A stretch of DNA of 64,000 nt, taken from the NCBI GenBank assembly GCA_038087875.1, contig CM075988.1, positions 14,386,001-14,450,000 on the forward strand, in the 5' to 3' direction. Shown one piece after another: positions 1 to 12,650 of this stretch. The position numbers and the translations under genes are program-made. This DNA comes from Malacoraja senta (taxonomy: Eukaryota). Position 1 is the stretch's first letter; each line of letters opens with the position of its first letter. The notes below the pieces were generated by a model. The model was not told the DNA's origin. It was given only the letters and a program-made list of their open reading frames with translations, and did not search any database.

Positions 1-430
1 CATTGTTCCTGGATGATGTACCGCAGTGGAAGTATTCACAGAGTACAATATTCACCACGACCTTGCCTGGGTTGGAGCGTTTTAGTTCTGTGGAGAAATT
101 GGATAGGCTGCGTTTGTTATCCTTGGAGTGGGGAAGGCTGGGGGGAACCTGACAGAGATGTGGAAAATCTTTATGGCCGCAAATAGGGCAGAAAAGTACT
201 AAACCCTTTTCCATTGTGGAAGTGTATGTAAGCAGGGGACATAGACTTAACATGAGGAGTAAGAGGTTAAGAGCTTATATAAAGAACTTTTTCACCCAGA
301 GAGTAGCTGAAGTTTGGACTACACTGCTTGAAAGAGTGGTGATGGCAAAAAGACTCCGCAACTTTAAGGAGGATTTAGACGAGTATTTGAATCATCAAAG
401 ACTAGAAGAGTTAGACAAAGTAAATAGGAT
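1..430 (+). mobile_element. Degenerate CR1 3' fragment
   Basis: SRGHRL...KNFFTQRVAEVW..L (CR1 ORF2 C-terminus). Confidence 0.7.
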
Positions 431-888
431 TTATACAGAAGGATATCAGGAACAAAGGAGATTACAAAAAGTGGTCAACACTGCCCGGTCCATCAGAGGT
501 ACTGACCTCCCCACCATAGGCAGAGTGGGCCGAAAGACACATCTATGTTGTGGGATTCTATGATCCCTTCAGATATAGTGGTCATAACAGTGCTATCCTT
601 ACATTCAGAAAATATAATGCGTGCCCACAATCCACACAGATGGAAAGCCCTCATCCATCAGACATGATTACCATGACAAATGTCAACCAGAAAAGCATCA
701 TCAGTCTCCATTCTCCATGAATGCTGAGAGCAGGGTCTAAACCTGGCACAATGACTAGAGGTCTAGAGGCAGGGCTGGCTTAACCAAGCCAAGGTATTCT
801 CTCCAGGTCATGGAGACATATAGCTTGCAAACAGGCCTTATGATCAATCTAGTCCACACTTACCATCAAGCCATATTGACGCTGACTG

Positions 889-1422
889 CCCCGACTGACC
901 GGTAATGTCCCACAGATCCTTGCATAAGTCACATGTTATGCAAGTCGGAAGTGGAAGTGCCACTGTGCATGGGTAGATTTACTATTGTACTGCTTGGCGC
1001 TAGTGGGAGACCATGTGGGAACTCCGACACAGAAACCACATGGAAGTATCCATGAGAAAAGCAGACTAGCTTGCGGAAACGGTTGCAAACGCACTGCTAC
1101 TGAGATGGTAGACAAAAGTGCTGGAGAAACTCAGCGGGTGCAGCAGCATCTATGGAGCGAAGGAAATAGGCAACGTTTCGGGCTGAAATCCTTCTTCAGA
1201 CTGAAGAAGTGTTTCGGACCTAAACGTTGCCTATTTCCTTCGCTCCATAGATGCTGCTGCACCCGCTGAGTTTCTCCAGCACTTTTGTCTTCCTTCGATA
1301 TTCCAGCATCTGCAGTTCCTTTTTAAGCACAACTGCTACTGAGATGTACAGCTCGGAAATAAACAGTGTGATTACGTAAGTGCAAGTTTCTGCAAGTCGC
1401 ATATTACATAAGTCGGGGAGTA
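889..1422. mobile_element. Possible Tc1/Mariner (Tigger-like) MITE inside a V-SINE, hosting the 1108-1331 element
   Basis: Imperfect TIRs ccccgact...gtaat and attac...agtcgggg; repeated (c/t)aagtcg subterminal motifs. Confidence 0.4.
1108..1331. mobile_element. Palindromic Penelope-derived mini-element (inverted pLTR pair, hammerhead core on each strand)
   Basis: 90-bp arms 1110-1199 and 1201-1290 around 1200; right arm plus tail nearly identical to 58716-58845; perfect 15-bp TSD actgctactgagatg at 1093-1107 and 1332-1346. Confidence 0.88.
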
Positions 1423-1667
1423 CACTAATCCTACACGTCCCATATTATTCTCCCCACATTCCCATCAAACACAGTAGGGGCAATTCACAGTGACCAATTA
1501 AGCTCCCAACCAGCAATTCCTTGAGACGTTTGAACAAACCAGACTGCCTGGAGGAAATACATGTGGTCGCAGGAAGAATGTGTAACCTCCACACACACAG
1601 CACCGGAGGTCAGGATTGAGCCTGCATCACTTTAATTGTGAGGAAGCAGCTGCACTAGCTGTGCTAC

Positions 1668-1688
1668 TGAGCTGTCCATGGTGCTGAC
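1668..1688 (-). promoter_or_regulatory. Candidate RE1/NRSE (REST-binding) element
   Basis: Minus strand GTCAGCACCATGGACAGCTCA versus consensus TTCAGCACCACGGACAGCGCC; both half sites (TCAGCACC, GGACAG) are perfect with the canonical 2-nt spacer. Lies in an intron of a neuronal gene. Confidence 0.55.
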
Positions 1689-1871
1689 AGGCTCTGGTCT
1701 TTAGAGAAAACATTCACTGAAAGGAAGATCATATCACATGAACATCACAGCACAGATCCAAAGAATCAATATCATATTAACATTTTCTAAACTCTCGAAA
1801 TTTCCCCATTGGCCTTTCTTATGTGCAAGCTGCAACCAAATCCAATCCAGAGCAAATTAAATAAATATATC

Positions 1872-2104
1872 TAAAAAGGATACAAAGTGTCAGAGTAACT
1901 CAACGGGTCAGGCAGCAACTCTGAAGAACATAGATAGGTGATGTTTCGGGTAGGGACCTTTTTTCAGACAGACAGAGTCTGGAGGAGGGTCCCGACCCAA
2001 AACTTCACCAATGCATGTTCTCCAGAGATGCTGCCTGACCCGAGTTACTCCAGCACTTTGTGTCTTGTGTTTTGTAAACTAGCTTCTGCAGTTCCTTGTG
2101 TCTC
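1872..2104. mobile_element. Palindromic Penelope-pLTR mini-element (second subfamily)
   Basis: acaaagtg..gagtaactca..cgggtcaggcagca arm followed by its inverted arm and the tail ctgcagttccttgtgtctc; flanking direct repeat aaataaatata at 1859-1869 and 2105-2115. Confidence 0.75.
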
Positions 2105-2157
2105 AAATAAATATAGCCGCCTGCTGTCACCATAAAGATCCTTAAGTGAAATGAACT

Positions 2158-2631
2158 TAAGTTTGCAGAGACTAAAGGTGTCATATAATGATGCCATGAG
2201 AACACTGCTAAGGAAACCTAGATGGTGTAGTGCTAGCAACATGTTTGTGGCTGCAGGAGTCAGTACTTTAGAAGCTATCCTAAGAAATCATATGTATAAA
2301 TTCATTTGCAGGATAAATGATTCTAAAAACGTAATTATTGTGGCCTTGTCAAACATAAGATTTAGCACTACACGCCACGAATCCCAGTTGTGGAGACACT
2401 GGTATCGTTGTCTCATTGTAGGACATTGATCATTCTTTTATTCTGGATTTTAATTCATGTATTGTGGTTTTTTTTAAATATATAATTTATGATGCTTTTA
2501 TAAGTGATATACTAAGATTTTATATGTAGTTTATGATGTTTTTAATATGCAATGCATTTTTATGTAATGTTGCCCCTTGTCTGGACCTTGAGTCCGAAAT
2601 AAAGTTTATTATTATTATTATTATTATTATT
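2158..2631 (+). mobile_element. 3' end of a non-LTR retrotransposon, RTE-X-like, with (ATT)n tail
   Basis: LQRLKVSYNDAMRTLLRKPRWCSASNMFV...LRNHMYKFICRINDSKN; AT-rich 3' UTR, AATAAA at 2598-2603, (ATT)n at about 2608-2631; direct repeat atgaact at 2151-2157 and 2632-2638. The clade call is from memory of the motif. Confidence 0.6.
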
Positions 2632-3199
2632 ATGAACTCAAACCACTGAATTCAGTGTCCAAGTGGGTGTGACTGCACGGCATAATGACTATATGTTGTC
2701 ACTAGTTGCCAGTCTTTTGAGCAGTTTGAAGAAATAGAAATGTCTTCCCAATGCAACAGGAAAGAAAAAGGTTAAAGAATATTCTTTGGGTACAATGAGA
2801 TCGGAATGAAACATTGAATGTTGAACCTTGGAGTTGAGACGGTGTTTAAAGCAGTAGATATTCCATGTAGTACATCAGCATCGTTCATATAGTTGATCTG
2901 TAATGTACTATACCAAAAAACACTCTAGAGATCCTCAAAATAAAAGTTGACCTCTTCAGCTGAATTCAAACTTATAGATCCCTTGGGATTTTCTACACAC
3001 TACCTTCGAGCAATTTTAAAATTAAAACTGAGATATTACAAATCTTCAAAATTCCCACAAGAACGTTAAGTCCACAATTTGCCATCCTCTGGAACTCTGC
3101 TACCATCACAGTATTGGTAACAAATTAAAGCTATTCTAACACCGGCCACCTTCCAATGCTCTACATCAGAGTGACGATTACTGGGAAGTTATGGACAAA

Positions 3200-3520
3200 G
3201 TGTACAAAATCATGAGAGGAATAGATTGGGTAAATGCATAGAGGACATAGGTTTAAGGTGTGTGGGGGAAAGATTTATTAGGAACCTGAGGGGTCACTTT
3301 TACACACAGAGAGTGGTGGGTGTATGGAACGAGCTGCCGGAGGAGGTAGTTGAGGCAGGTACTATCGCAATGGTTAGGAAACATTTAGACAAGTACATGG
3401 ATAGGACAGTTGTAGAGGAATATGGGCCAATCACAGGCAGGTGGGACTAGTGTAGATGGGACATGTTGGTCAGTGTTAGCAAGTTGGGCTGAAGGGCTGT
3501 TTCCATGCTGTAAGACTTTA
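3200..3520 (+). mobile_element. CR1 3' fragment
   Basis: GERFIRNLRGHFYTQRVVGVWNELPEEVVEAG followed by the gggctgaagggctgtttcc tail. Confidence 0.75.
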
Positions 3521-6500
3521 TGACACTAAAACCTTGTTGGAAAATCATGTTGAACTCTGTGGTAAACTTCCAGTGTCTTTCCCCATAAATCCAAAGAATT
3601 TGTTGATTTTGCCTCATGTATACAAACATGAAAGTCATGAGCTTGCAGAGAGAAGCCAGTCACTGAATTTGTTGCCAGGTTCCATCGTTGGGCGGGCCCT
3701 GGACCATGGATACAATCATACGCCCGAGTGCAAACCTCTCACAAGATTCCCAACAGATGCTGTGTCAGGTGAGAGTCTGAGAATCCATTCACCAATGAAT
3801 ATTCTTCTAATATACAAGAGAAATCTCGGGTAAGGCAAGTTATATTTTGTTTGAACAGTTGTACATCAGATAAGGTTCTTAATTATTAAAATACATTTTA
3901 CAATATTTTCTGTTTACTTTAAAAAAAAAATTGCAATTATTTTAGTTTTTTGATTATTTCTGCTTTAATAGCTTCTTACTCTGAGGGACTTTCAGAAGCT
4001 TTAAAAATCCCTGACACCTTTTGAAAGAGGACAAAATGAGGGGTAATGCATCATCACCAATTGAAAGCACAGTTCCAATGTTCCGAGTTCAATCTTGATC
4101 TCGGAAGTTCTCCCTACACCTATGTGAGTTCCTTCCAGGTGCCCCAATTCCCTTCCACATGCCAATGACATACTTGCTAGTGGGTTAATAGCCCACTGTG
4201 GGGTTATGGGAGCACTCTAAGACTGGCATTGACTTAATGGACCAAAATCGTGTCTTTCATGACATGAGAAAAATTAGAAATTTCTCTCTGAACATTGGTC
4301 TAGTGCCGAGATTTCTACCCTGTTGGTATCTGTGCTGATGAAGCAACAATCTATGTCATGCCTCTTGATTTGTGTCCTCGTTTAGATAATCAAATATTCA
4401 ATTGATCGCATTCAATTAGCTGTGAAAATCAGTATCTATCATCATGAAGTGTGGTATGACTCCTTGGTGCTGTTACTTTCTTGATGTGAAAAATCTATTC
4501 AATTACTTAAAGTATCAATAAGACGAAGAATGCTATAAACCATGTTTTACTTTCCCCTTAATGCAGCATATTTGGTGTAAATAAATTGGACTTCCTAACT
4601 GCAGTACTAGTCAATGCACATTCACATTTATTATGGTTCTGGAATGAAGTTAGAAACTTGATGATCAGGATCCGCATCTGATCTGATTCAATGTGTGTAG
4701 ATTTTGGGTTGGCTGACTGTGATTATCTGCGGAGCCAAGGAGAGTCAAGAGTCCGATATAAGATATCAGGATTGATTCCTCATCTCTGCAGTCCAACCAC
4801 AAACTGCACATTTAGGGACAATCAGTCAACCACGTCTGCTCCAGGCAGTGCATAATCTATGAGGCATTAACCCAATCTGCTGAAGGTTTCCAGTAACATC
4901 TCTTTGTGTTGCTCATCATAAAATAATTGATAGAGTTTCATCAAAATCTGGACTATATTATATCACAGCATAAAAAACTCATAAGAGCCAGCAAATATGT
5001 TAAAACCTGACAGGATGTCAATGAGATCCTGATAACTCATTGACAGGCCGTTTTTTCTCAATAACAAGGAATATGAACTGATCACACCTCCAGATTCAAT
5101 TGAGCGGACTTCAGCAGAAGTTAATCTATATGACACTATTTCTGAATTACTGTACCTTTCTTTGATTCTTTCAGTAATAGCTTAGAAATTTAAAAAAGTT
5201 AATCAGACTGTTTAATAAATACCAATTGTCCATGTAAAATATTGTTAGTTTACTGTTGCTAGGATAAAGGTGAAGATGTTAGGAACACTGATAAAAGATA
5301 TGGCAAAGAGACGGATTTCAAGGAGCAAGGTCAAGGATGAAGGTCGAGGAATGGGGTAGGAAACTAATTTCGGACTCGATCTGTATAGTGCATTGTAACA
5401 TTAATGAAAGTCAATGAGTCAACAAGGAACAACTCAAATGCCATGCCTGAAGATTGGCATTGAATTTGCACTGATCCTGGCTCTTGAATATTATAAATAA
5501 CTTCAGATCGCACACTATCTGTGACAAACACTTGTATTTGTCATGTATGATATAGAGGTCAGCCAGAACATTTGAATCCAACAAACCAAACAATAGGTTG
5601 TAAATTGGCTTGATACTTAGGTGATGAGATTAAAAATAACATCAGATGATTAACTTCTTGTTGGATTTCCTCATTTTTTAAAATCTGTCCCTCATTTACC
5701 TATAGAGTAGAGAAGAGTCTGCTGTCCAACGTCAAACTGGGAGAACAGGAAATTGGCTGAAAGGACCAGGTTCAACATTCCCTGCTCCCATTTTGCTCTT
5801 CCCTCACTCCTTGCAAAAGGTCTGATCCTCCTCTCAGTTAAGATTATAAATCACCTCGCTGGCATCAGGAATGTTTCACCTGAGTTCTGAAGGACTTGTT
5901 CCCGTAACATTATGTGCAGGGGCGTCAGGGGTTATGGAGAGAAGGCAGGGGAACGGGGTTAGGAGGGAGAGATAGATCAGCCATGATTCAATGGCAGAGT
6001 AGACTTGATGGGCCGAATGGCCTAATATTGCTCCTATCACATAAATGTCTGCAGGCTGGCATGGCAGTGGTGGAAGAAGCTGGCATGGCAGTGGTCCATA
6101 GAAGGCTGCATAGAATAAAGGTTGGAATTCAAGGGCAGAACCCCCACAAAAGACTTGCTGATATACAATTATCTCCTGTAAATTAGCAATTAGTAGCTAT
6201 TTTATTGTCCTCTCAAAACAGAAATATATAACATTCTAATGACTTCTAAATACCAAACTTAATACCCTTGCATGCTTGCAGAATTTGTGATATTCCTTAG
6301 ATTTTATTTGTTGTTAATTGTGATGAAACACGATTACCAAAGCAGCATTTTATTATTAGATCATAAATTCACAGGTTCAGAATTTCAGGTGATTGGAGCA
6401 GAATTAAGCCATTCAGCCCATCAAGTCTACACCACCATTAAATCATAGTTGATTTATCTTTCCCTCCCAAGCCAAATCTCCTGCCTTCTCCCTGTGACCC

Positions 6501-8653
6501 CTGACATCTGTACTAAACCTTCTCTGGACCCTTTCCAGCACCAACACATCCTTCCTCAGATATGAACCCAAAATTGATCACAATACTTCAACTGTGGTCT
6601 GACCAGTGCCCTATAAAGAAAGCCTCAGCATTACATCTCTGTTCCTTACATGCATTGAAAAGTCAGGCTCCTTATCAATGTAATAATAGAACAAAATTCA
6701 CAGCATTGTACTGCTGTCAATTGGATTGTAAAATCCTAACAAGTGCTGTGCAACACGTCATTTCGACTCATTTACCTTAATTAGTTGTAAACCAGTGGGT
6801 TGTAGTTTTGCTTTTGGTGCTTGTGTTTCCCAGGTTTCTTGTCAGGTAATTACATGCCAGGCAGTGAAAAGAAATTGTTGAGGGCCTGGCAGGGGAGATC
6901 ATTTGAATGAGTTTCTGGGATAATGAGATCCTTGTTGTTTTTGTGCCATTAAACCTCTTCAATTGAAATAACTATCATCGAGTGAGGAACAATTCATACC
7001 CATAAGCCAACTCCTGAGCCTGTTTCTATCAAGTCATTTTCACTAGGGAGTTGAAGTCCAAAATGCAAAGCTGGCACAAAAGCCTAAAATAGGAAACAGA
7101 AAATAGCTGATAAGGTTCAGTTTACAAGAGAAAGGGAGAAACTTTTTGGTGAAAGAATTTGCCCCTGACGCTGGATGTGTGCAAAAAGGTGTGTGCACAG
7201 CTGTATATTATGTGCCACAGAATCAACGGTGGCAATTGAGTTGGAAATGAGTCTAAACACTGGCCGCTCCTCCTGTCTGTATGGTAGAGAAACTGTTGAG
7301 TGGTTGCATCACAGCCTGGTTCGCAACACAAATGCCCAAAATAAAGATTATAAAGTGTGGTGGGCAATTAACGGTCCATCACACGTACTGACCTCTTTCA
7401 TCAAAGGGATCTCGAGGAGGCATTGCCTTAAAATGGGAGCCAGCATCATCAAAGACCCACACCACCCTGGCCACACTCTCATTTCACTCAATGATTCAAT
7501 GATATCTAGGTACAATGAAATGCTTGGTTTTGCATACAACCCGGTAATATCATACAGCAGAACTCACCGAGGGAGTACACAAGAGTCACCACGTTTCTGG
7601 CACTGACAAAGTTACAAACAGCTCATTGAACAGTTTTATCTTCTGCTCGCAGCGGCGAAACAGGCCTGCTGTCACACACGGCAGCAGGCGGCCCCCTGCA
7701 CTCCTACCATTGGGAAGAATGTTTAGGAGTCTGTAAACCATGACCATTATTGCAGGTTCAAGAAATACTTTTTCCTAACATCCGTCAGACTTTTGAACAC
7801 CACATGGCACGAACCTCAATTATGAACTATGGACTGTCTTTGGTTGCACGCAGGGCATTTTTTTTTGCACTCAGGGTATTTTGCACTAGTCCTGAGGTTA
7901 CTAATACGTTTAATTTTGTTTCTTATCTAATATCTGTGTGCATTGTGTTTATAGGCCTATAATGCTGCTGCAAGTAAGAATTTCATTATTCCGTTGTTGG
8001 TACATATGACAATTAAACACTCTTGACAGTATTAATGACAAAAAATATATTTCTCTCTGCTTTATTTCTGCAAAGATTAATCTACCTTCAACTTCCCATC
8101 CAAATATCCACTGCCAAGAGTATTCCCACTTTGATTTCAGTTCTAACAACTGTGTGCATTTGATAAATCAATCTATAGATTCTCCATTCACTTAGCCATT
8201 AAAATCAAAGGATATACATTTTATCTATGTGTTGGGGAGGTGGCTTTTAATAAATCCATTCACAGGAGTTGTACTGTACCGCTTGATCTCAAATGGGTTT
8301 GACTTGGTGTCAATGACAAAGGAAAACTAAAATACTCTCTGGCTTGTGCTTACTTGAAGAAAAGGTCTAAATTAAAGATGACTATGGACACGCTACAGAA
8401 GTGACAGCGGGTGACCATCCCACCTGACAGGTTTAATTCAGATCTTTTTGACTCTGACTTAACTGTATCTTCGTTCAATATGTGAAGTTAGGGAAGAAAT
8501 TGCAGATGCCCAAAGATACTTGCATCAACCTTAGCTATGGACAAGGTACTGGAGAATTGGAGGGTTATTGATGTTGTGTCTTTATTTAAGAAGGTCGTCA
8601 AACATAAGCCAGGGAACTACAACTGGTGAGCCAAACATCAGCGGTGGGAAAGT

Positions 8654-8892
8654 TAGTTTAGTTTAGAGATACAGCATGGAAACAAGCCCTTCGGCCCACC
8701 AAGTCTGCGCCGACCAATAATCATCCATACACCGGTTCTATCCTACACACTAGGGACAATTTACCAAAGCCAATTAACCTACAAACCTGCATGTATTTGG
8801 AATGTGGGAGGAAACCGGAGCACCTGGAGAAAACCCACGAGGTCACAGGGAGAATGTACAAACTCCGCACAGACAGCACCTATAGTCAGGAT
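8654..8892 (-). mobile_element. HE1/V-SINE-type SINE lacking most of its head
   Basis: tagtttagtttagagatacagc tail; gggaggaaaccggagcac V-domain. Confidence 0.75.
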
Positions 8893-9221
8893 ACCGGAGT
8901 GGATTCCGAAGGACAGCATCTACATGCCTTTGGAAAGGGAAGGACTGATCAGGGATAATCGGTGTGATGTTGTGCAGGAAAATCAGAACAACTTTGAAAA
9001 GATGTCAGATTAAGTAGACAATGTGACATTCTCATTTGATGCATGACTTCATCTTCAAACCAATTTAACTTTATTGTCATTTTGTGTTTGAATTTTGTTC
9101 CACTGTCACATTGTCTTTTTATATGTCTCATAAAGCATGTTTCAGAAGTGTAACTAAAAATAAGGCTTTATTTATTCATTTGTAGGTAAGACAGTAATAT
9201 TCAAGTCTAAATTTGAGTTAG

Positions 9222-9530
9222 ACGTGGAAAAGATGTTTCCAGTAATGGGAGAGTCTAGAACCAAAGGGAACAGCCTCAGAATAAAAGGATGTACCTTCAG
9301 AACAGAGATGAGGAGGAATTTCTTGAGACAGAGGGTGTTGAATCTGTGGAATTCATGGCCACAGACGGCAGTGGAGGCAGTTATTGGGTATTTTAAGATG
9401 GAGATTGATAACCTTTTCATTAGGAAGGGTGCCAAAGGTTACAGGAGAATGGGGTTGAGAGGAAATCTGCCATGTTTGAATCGTGGAGTGGACTCAATGG
9501 GCTGAGTGGCCTAATTCTGCTCCTATGTCT
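9222..9530 (+). mobile_element. CR1 3' fragment
   Basis: MFPVMGESRTKGNSLRIKG..FRTEMRRNF..QRVLNLWNS. Confidence 0.78.
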
Positions 9531-11096
9531 TTTGGGCAAATGAAAAACTGCAAGGTCATCATTTATTGTCATTGAGGAAGTAAAGGTGAGCCTCTTGATG
9601 TAACCCTATGGTGAGTGTGGCAATGATGTAGTGGATTGTAAAGTGATCATGAAGGCAATTTATCACCAAATCATTTCCAATTTACCTGGTAATAACCCAG
9701 CTTACATTCGATCCAGTGCCAGATAGAGTCACATTATAAATGTACTGAATACAAGGGATGTAATAAAGCTGTCAAGCAGAACATTCAAATCCATGAAAAA
9801 ACAGCAACTTAATTTCTACTCCTTAAGCTTAGAACAAACTTACTGGGGCAGAAATTTGTCAAAGATAAAGATGCTAAATGTGTAATACTGTGACAATTAT
9901 GCATTATATCTAACTTCCAAACTTTGAAGTCACAATATCAGCTCTCAGGATAGGAAATATCAACGCTATTTAAGTGTTGGATCAATTTTTTATCAACCCA
10001 AAACCAGCTGAAACATAGGTTCCACATTGATTGTCATAACCACATATGTTGGTTGCAGCAGGGAATCATGCTAGGCCACCTCCTAATAAGGAGTTACTCC
10101 CAAATAAGTAACTTGCTCCTGTATATTTAGATGCTGAGTGATCAGGATCTTATACTTGTGCTACATGTGGACAAATGGCTAATTTATTTCACACAACCAA
10201 ACATATTTTTCTATTGGGGCGGCACAGTAGCGCAGCGGTGGAGTTGCTGCCTTCTGCAGTCTATGTGCATGACTAAGGTCCCTCATCACTACTTAGATTG
10301 TTCCATGAGAGAGTCATCTCAAGTCCTCAGTGACTGCTAACTGGTGTGTAGAAGTCTGGGGCTGCAGGCAGCAGGAGTTATGAAGGACTAAGAGGCAATT
10401 ATGATGGTAAAAAGAAAGGAAAGAGCAAACAAGGGAGAATCAATTGTAAAATGAGTTGGGATGTGTTTCCAGAATGCATCTGTTTTGGAGTGGGGCGTAG
10501 TGACAAGCTCCCACCGGCATTGGGGAAGGGAAGGTCCTACAGTTCCCATTGTGTCAATGCAACTGGTCATTGACAAGATCAGAAAATGTTCAGCTACATG
10601 AATTATGGTCTGGAATTAATCAATCGTCTCAATGACTCAATGCTTCATTATTATCACATGTACCGAGCTACAGTGAAATTGTTTTTTTTGCGCACAGTTC
10701 AGTAAATTATTACCATACATAAGTACAATCCAAGATTGACTACAGAGTGTATAGAAAAAGCCCACTGAGACCAAAAACAAGAGTCGTCAGGTTTTGGTTT
10801 TGCCAGACCAGGTCTTGTCTTTGATATAATAAAAACCAAAAGATTGATATTTTACTTCCATCTTTTGCTGGGAAATATAGATATGTGCTTTGCAGTCAAC
10901 AACAATAATATTTTCCATTGGTAATTAAAAGCAATATTAATTTAAATACCGTAGGACTTCTGGACATTTAAATCATTCTCATGAGTGCACTTTTTGAGAC
11001 AATGTATATTCTGTTATTAGAAGTTCTGCTGCTCAACAATTTGCTGCCTGAAGGCATTTCTTCCTTCTGCCTCCTTCCCTGATTGTAATGTTATAT

Positions 11097-11180
11097 GAGA
11101 GAGAGAGAGCGAGCGAGAGAGCGAGAGAATGAGAGAGCGAGAGAGCGAGAGAGAGAGAGCAAGAGAGCAAGAGAGCAAGA
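11097..11180. repeat. (GA)n / GAGC-interrupted microsatellite about 220 bp into the intron after the IGSF9B exon
   Basis: gagagagagagagcgagcgagagagc... Confidence 0.9.
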
Positions 11181-11403
11181 GATGGAGTGAGATCTCAAAA
11201 TCATAGCCAAATACATCAAAAAATATATCAGAAAGTGGGACACTTTCTAAATAAAACAAACCGTATCTTTCCAGATATGATTCCTTCATCGGCTTCCAAA
11301 TATGCAGCAGTATTTGTTGCATCACATTCAATATAATCATGTCAAATCATTAATTTAACATCCTGATACACAGCAAAGAATCTAGTCAGTGTATGTGTCC
11401 TAC

Positions 11404-11601
11404 CTGCATATTCAGGATCCACATGAGGGGGATAGAAGCCAAACTTGATGAATATTGGGATGGGAACTCCAAACTTAAACCACTCTACTACATAAGGGGG
11501 TTGCTGTCCTGACACTGGGTGCACCACGTCACATCCTAGAATCACGCTGTCACCAGCACGGGCTGTCACAAACTGAGGCTCCTCCCTTGAATTGCGAGCG
11601 C
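11404..11601 (-). CDS. IGSF9B: Internal coding exon (equivalent to exon 2) of IGSF9B / protein turtle homolog B, N-terminal part of Ig domain 1
   Basis: Translates (G)ARNSREEPQFVTARAGDSVILGCDVVHPVSGQQPPYVVEWFKFGVPIPIFIKFGFYPPHVDPEYA(G), nearly identical to vertebrate IGSF9B as I recall it (REEPEFVTARAGESVVLRCDVIHPVTGQPPPYVVEWFKFGVPIPIFIKFGYYPPHVDPEYAG). Bounded on the minus strand by acceptor tgtctgtttctttcAG (11602-11603) and donor GTagg (11403-11402); 198 bp, phase 1-1. Confidence 0.95.
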
Positions 11602-11849
11602 CTGAAAGAAACAGACATATGAACGTTAGTGAGGATGTGTGAGTACCATCGCCTCCAATTTGGCAGCACATTATATAGTATTGTTCAGAGCACAGAAAAC
11701 TGCAACCATTGAAGAGCATTTATCCCAAACACACTTATAGAGTCTCTTGCCCAGAGTAGTAGACAGAGGATATTGTTTTAAGGTGAGGGAGGAACTAGTG
11801 CCTGTTTTTCTAGTTTTTTTTCCTGTTTGGGAGGTCGAATGTAAGAGGG

Positions 11850-12650
11850 AAATATACAATTAATGGCAAGACCCTTTACAGCATTGATGTGCAGATGGAT
11901 CTTGGGCTCCAAGTCCATAACTCCCTGAATATGGCAACACAAACAGATAGAGTGGTAAAGAAGGCATAGGGTATGATGCTTGCCTTCATTGGTCAAAGCA
12001 TGGAGTACAAGAGTCAAGAAGGTGTGATACAACTTTATAGCACATTGATGAGGTCACATTTGGAGTATTGCATGAAGTTCTGGTTGCCCCATTACAGGAA
12101 GGATGTGAAGGCTTTGGGAAAGGGTCCACAGGAGGTTTCCAGAATTATGCTGAACACGAGGAACTGCTGATGCTGGTTCACAAAATAATACACAAAGAGT
12201 TAGTCTAACTCAGGGTCTCTGGAGAACATGGATTGGTGATGTTTCAGGTCAGGTCCCTTCTTCAGAAGAAGGATCTCGACCAGCAAACACGCCTATCCAG
12301 AGATGCTGCCTGACCCGCTGAGTTACTCCAGCACTTTGTGTACTTCTCTAAAACACGAATTATACTTGGATTAGGGGTTATTAGCTACAGGGAGAAGTGG
12401 GACAGACTTGAATTATTTTCTCTGGAACGTGGTAATGTTGAGGGAAGACAGGATAGAAGCATATAAAATAATGGGTGGCAAAGATAGGATAACCCGTTTC
12501 CCAGAATGGAAATATCAAATACTGAAAAGCATCGACTTAAGATGAGAGGGGCAAACTTTAAAGGAGATGCGCAGAGCAAGTTTTTTTTTAACACAGAGGG
12601 AGCTGAACGCCTAGAATGCACAACCAGGGGTGGTGGGGGAAGGTATGGAT
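11850..12650 (+). mobile_element. Degenerate CR1 fragment, interrupted by a pLTR mini-element
   Basis: MLAFIGQSMEYKS...LMRSHLEYC..FW.PHYRKDV and HRLKMRG..FKGD. Confidence 0.72.
12158..12350. mobile_element. Palindromic pLTR mini-element (opposite orientation) inserted in a CR1 fragment
   Basis: Tail ggaactgctgatgctgg, centre cttcttcagaagaagg, right arm gagatgctgcctgacccgctgagttactccagcactttgtgt; aacacga on both sides. Confidence 0.65.

Noticed and set aside
11342..11719. 125-aa ORF as a complete gene
   Set aside because: Only 11404-11601 is IGSF9B-like and bounded by splice sites; the rest is intronic read-through.
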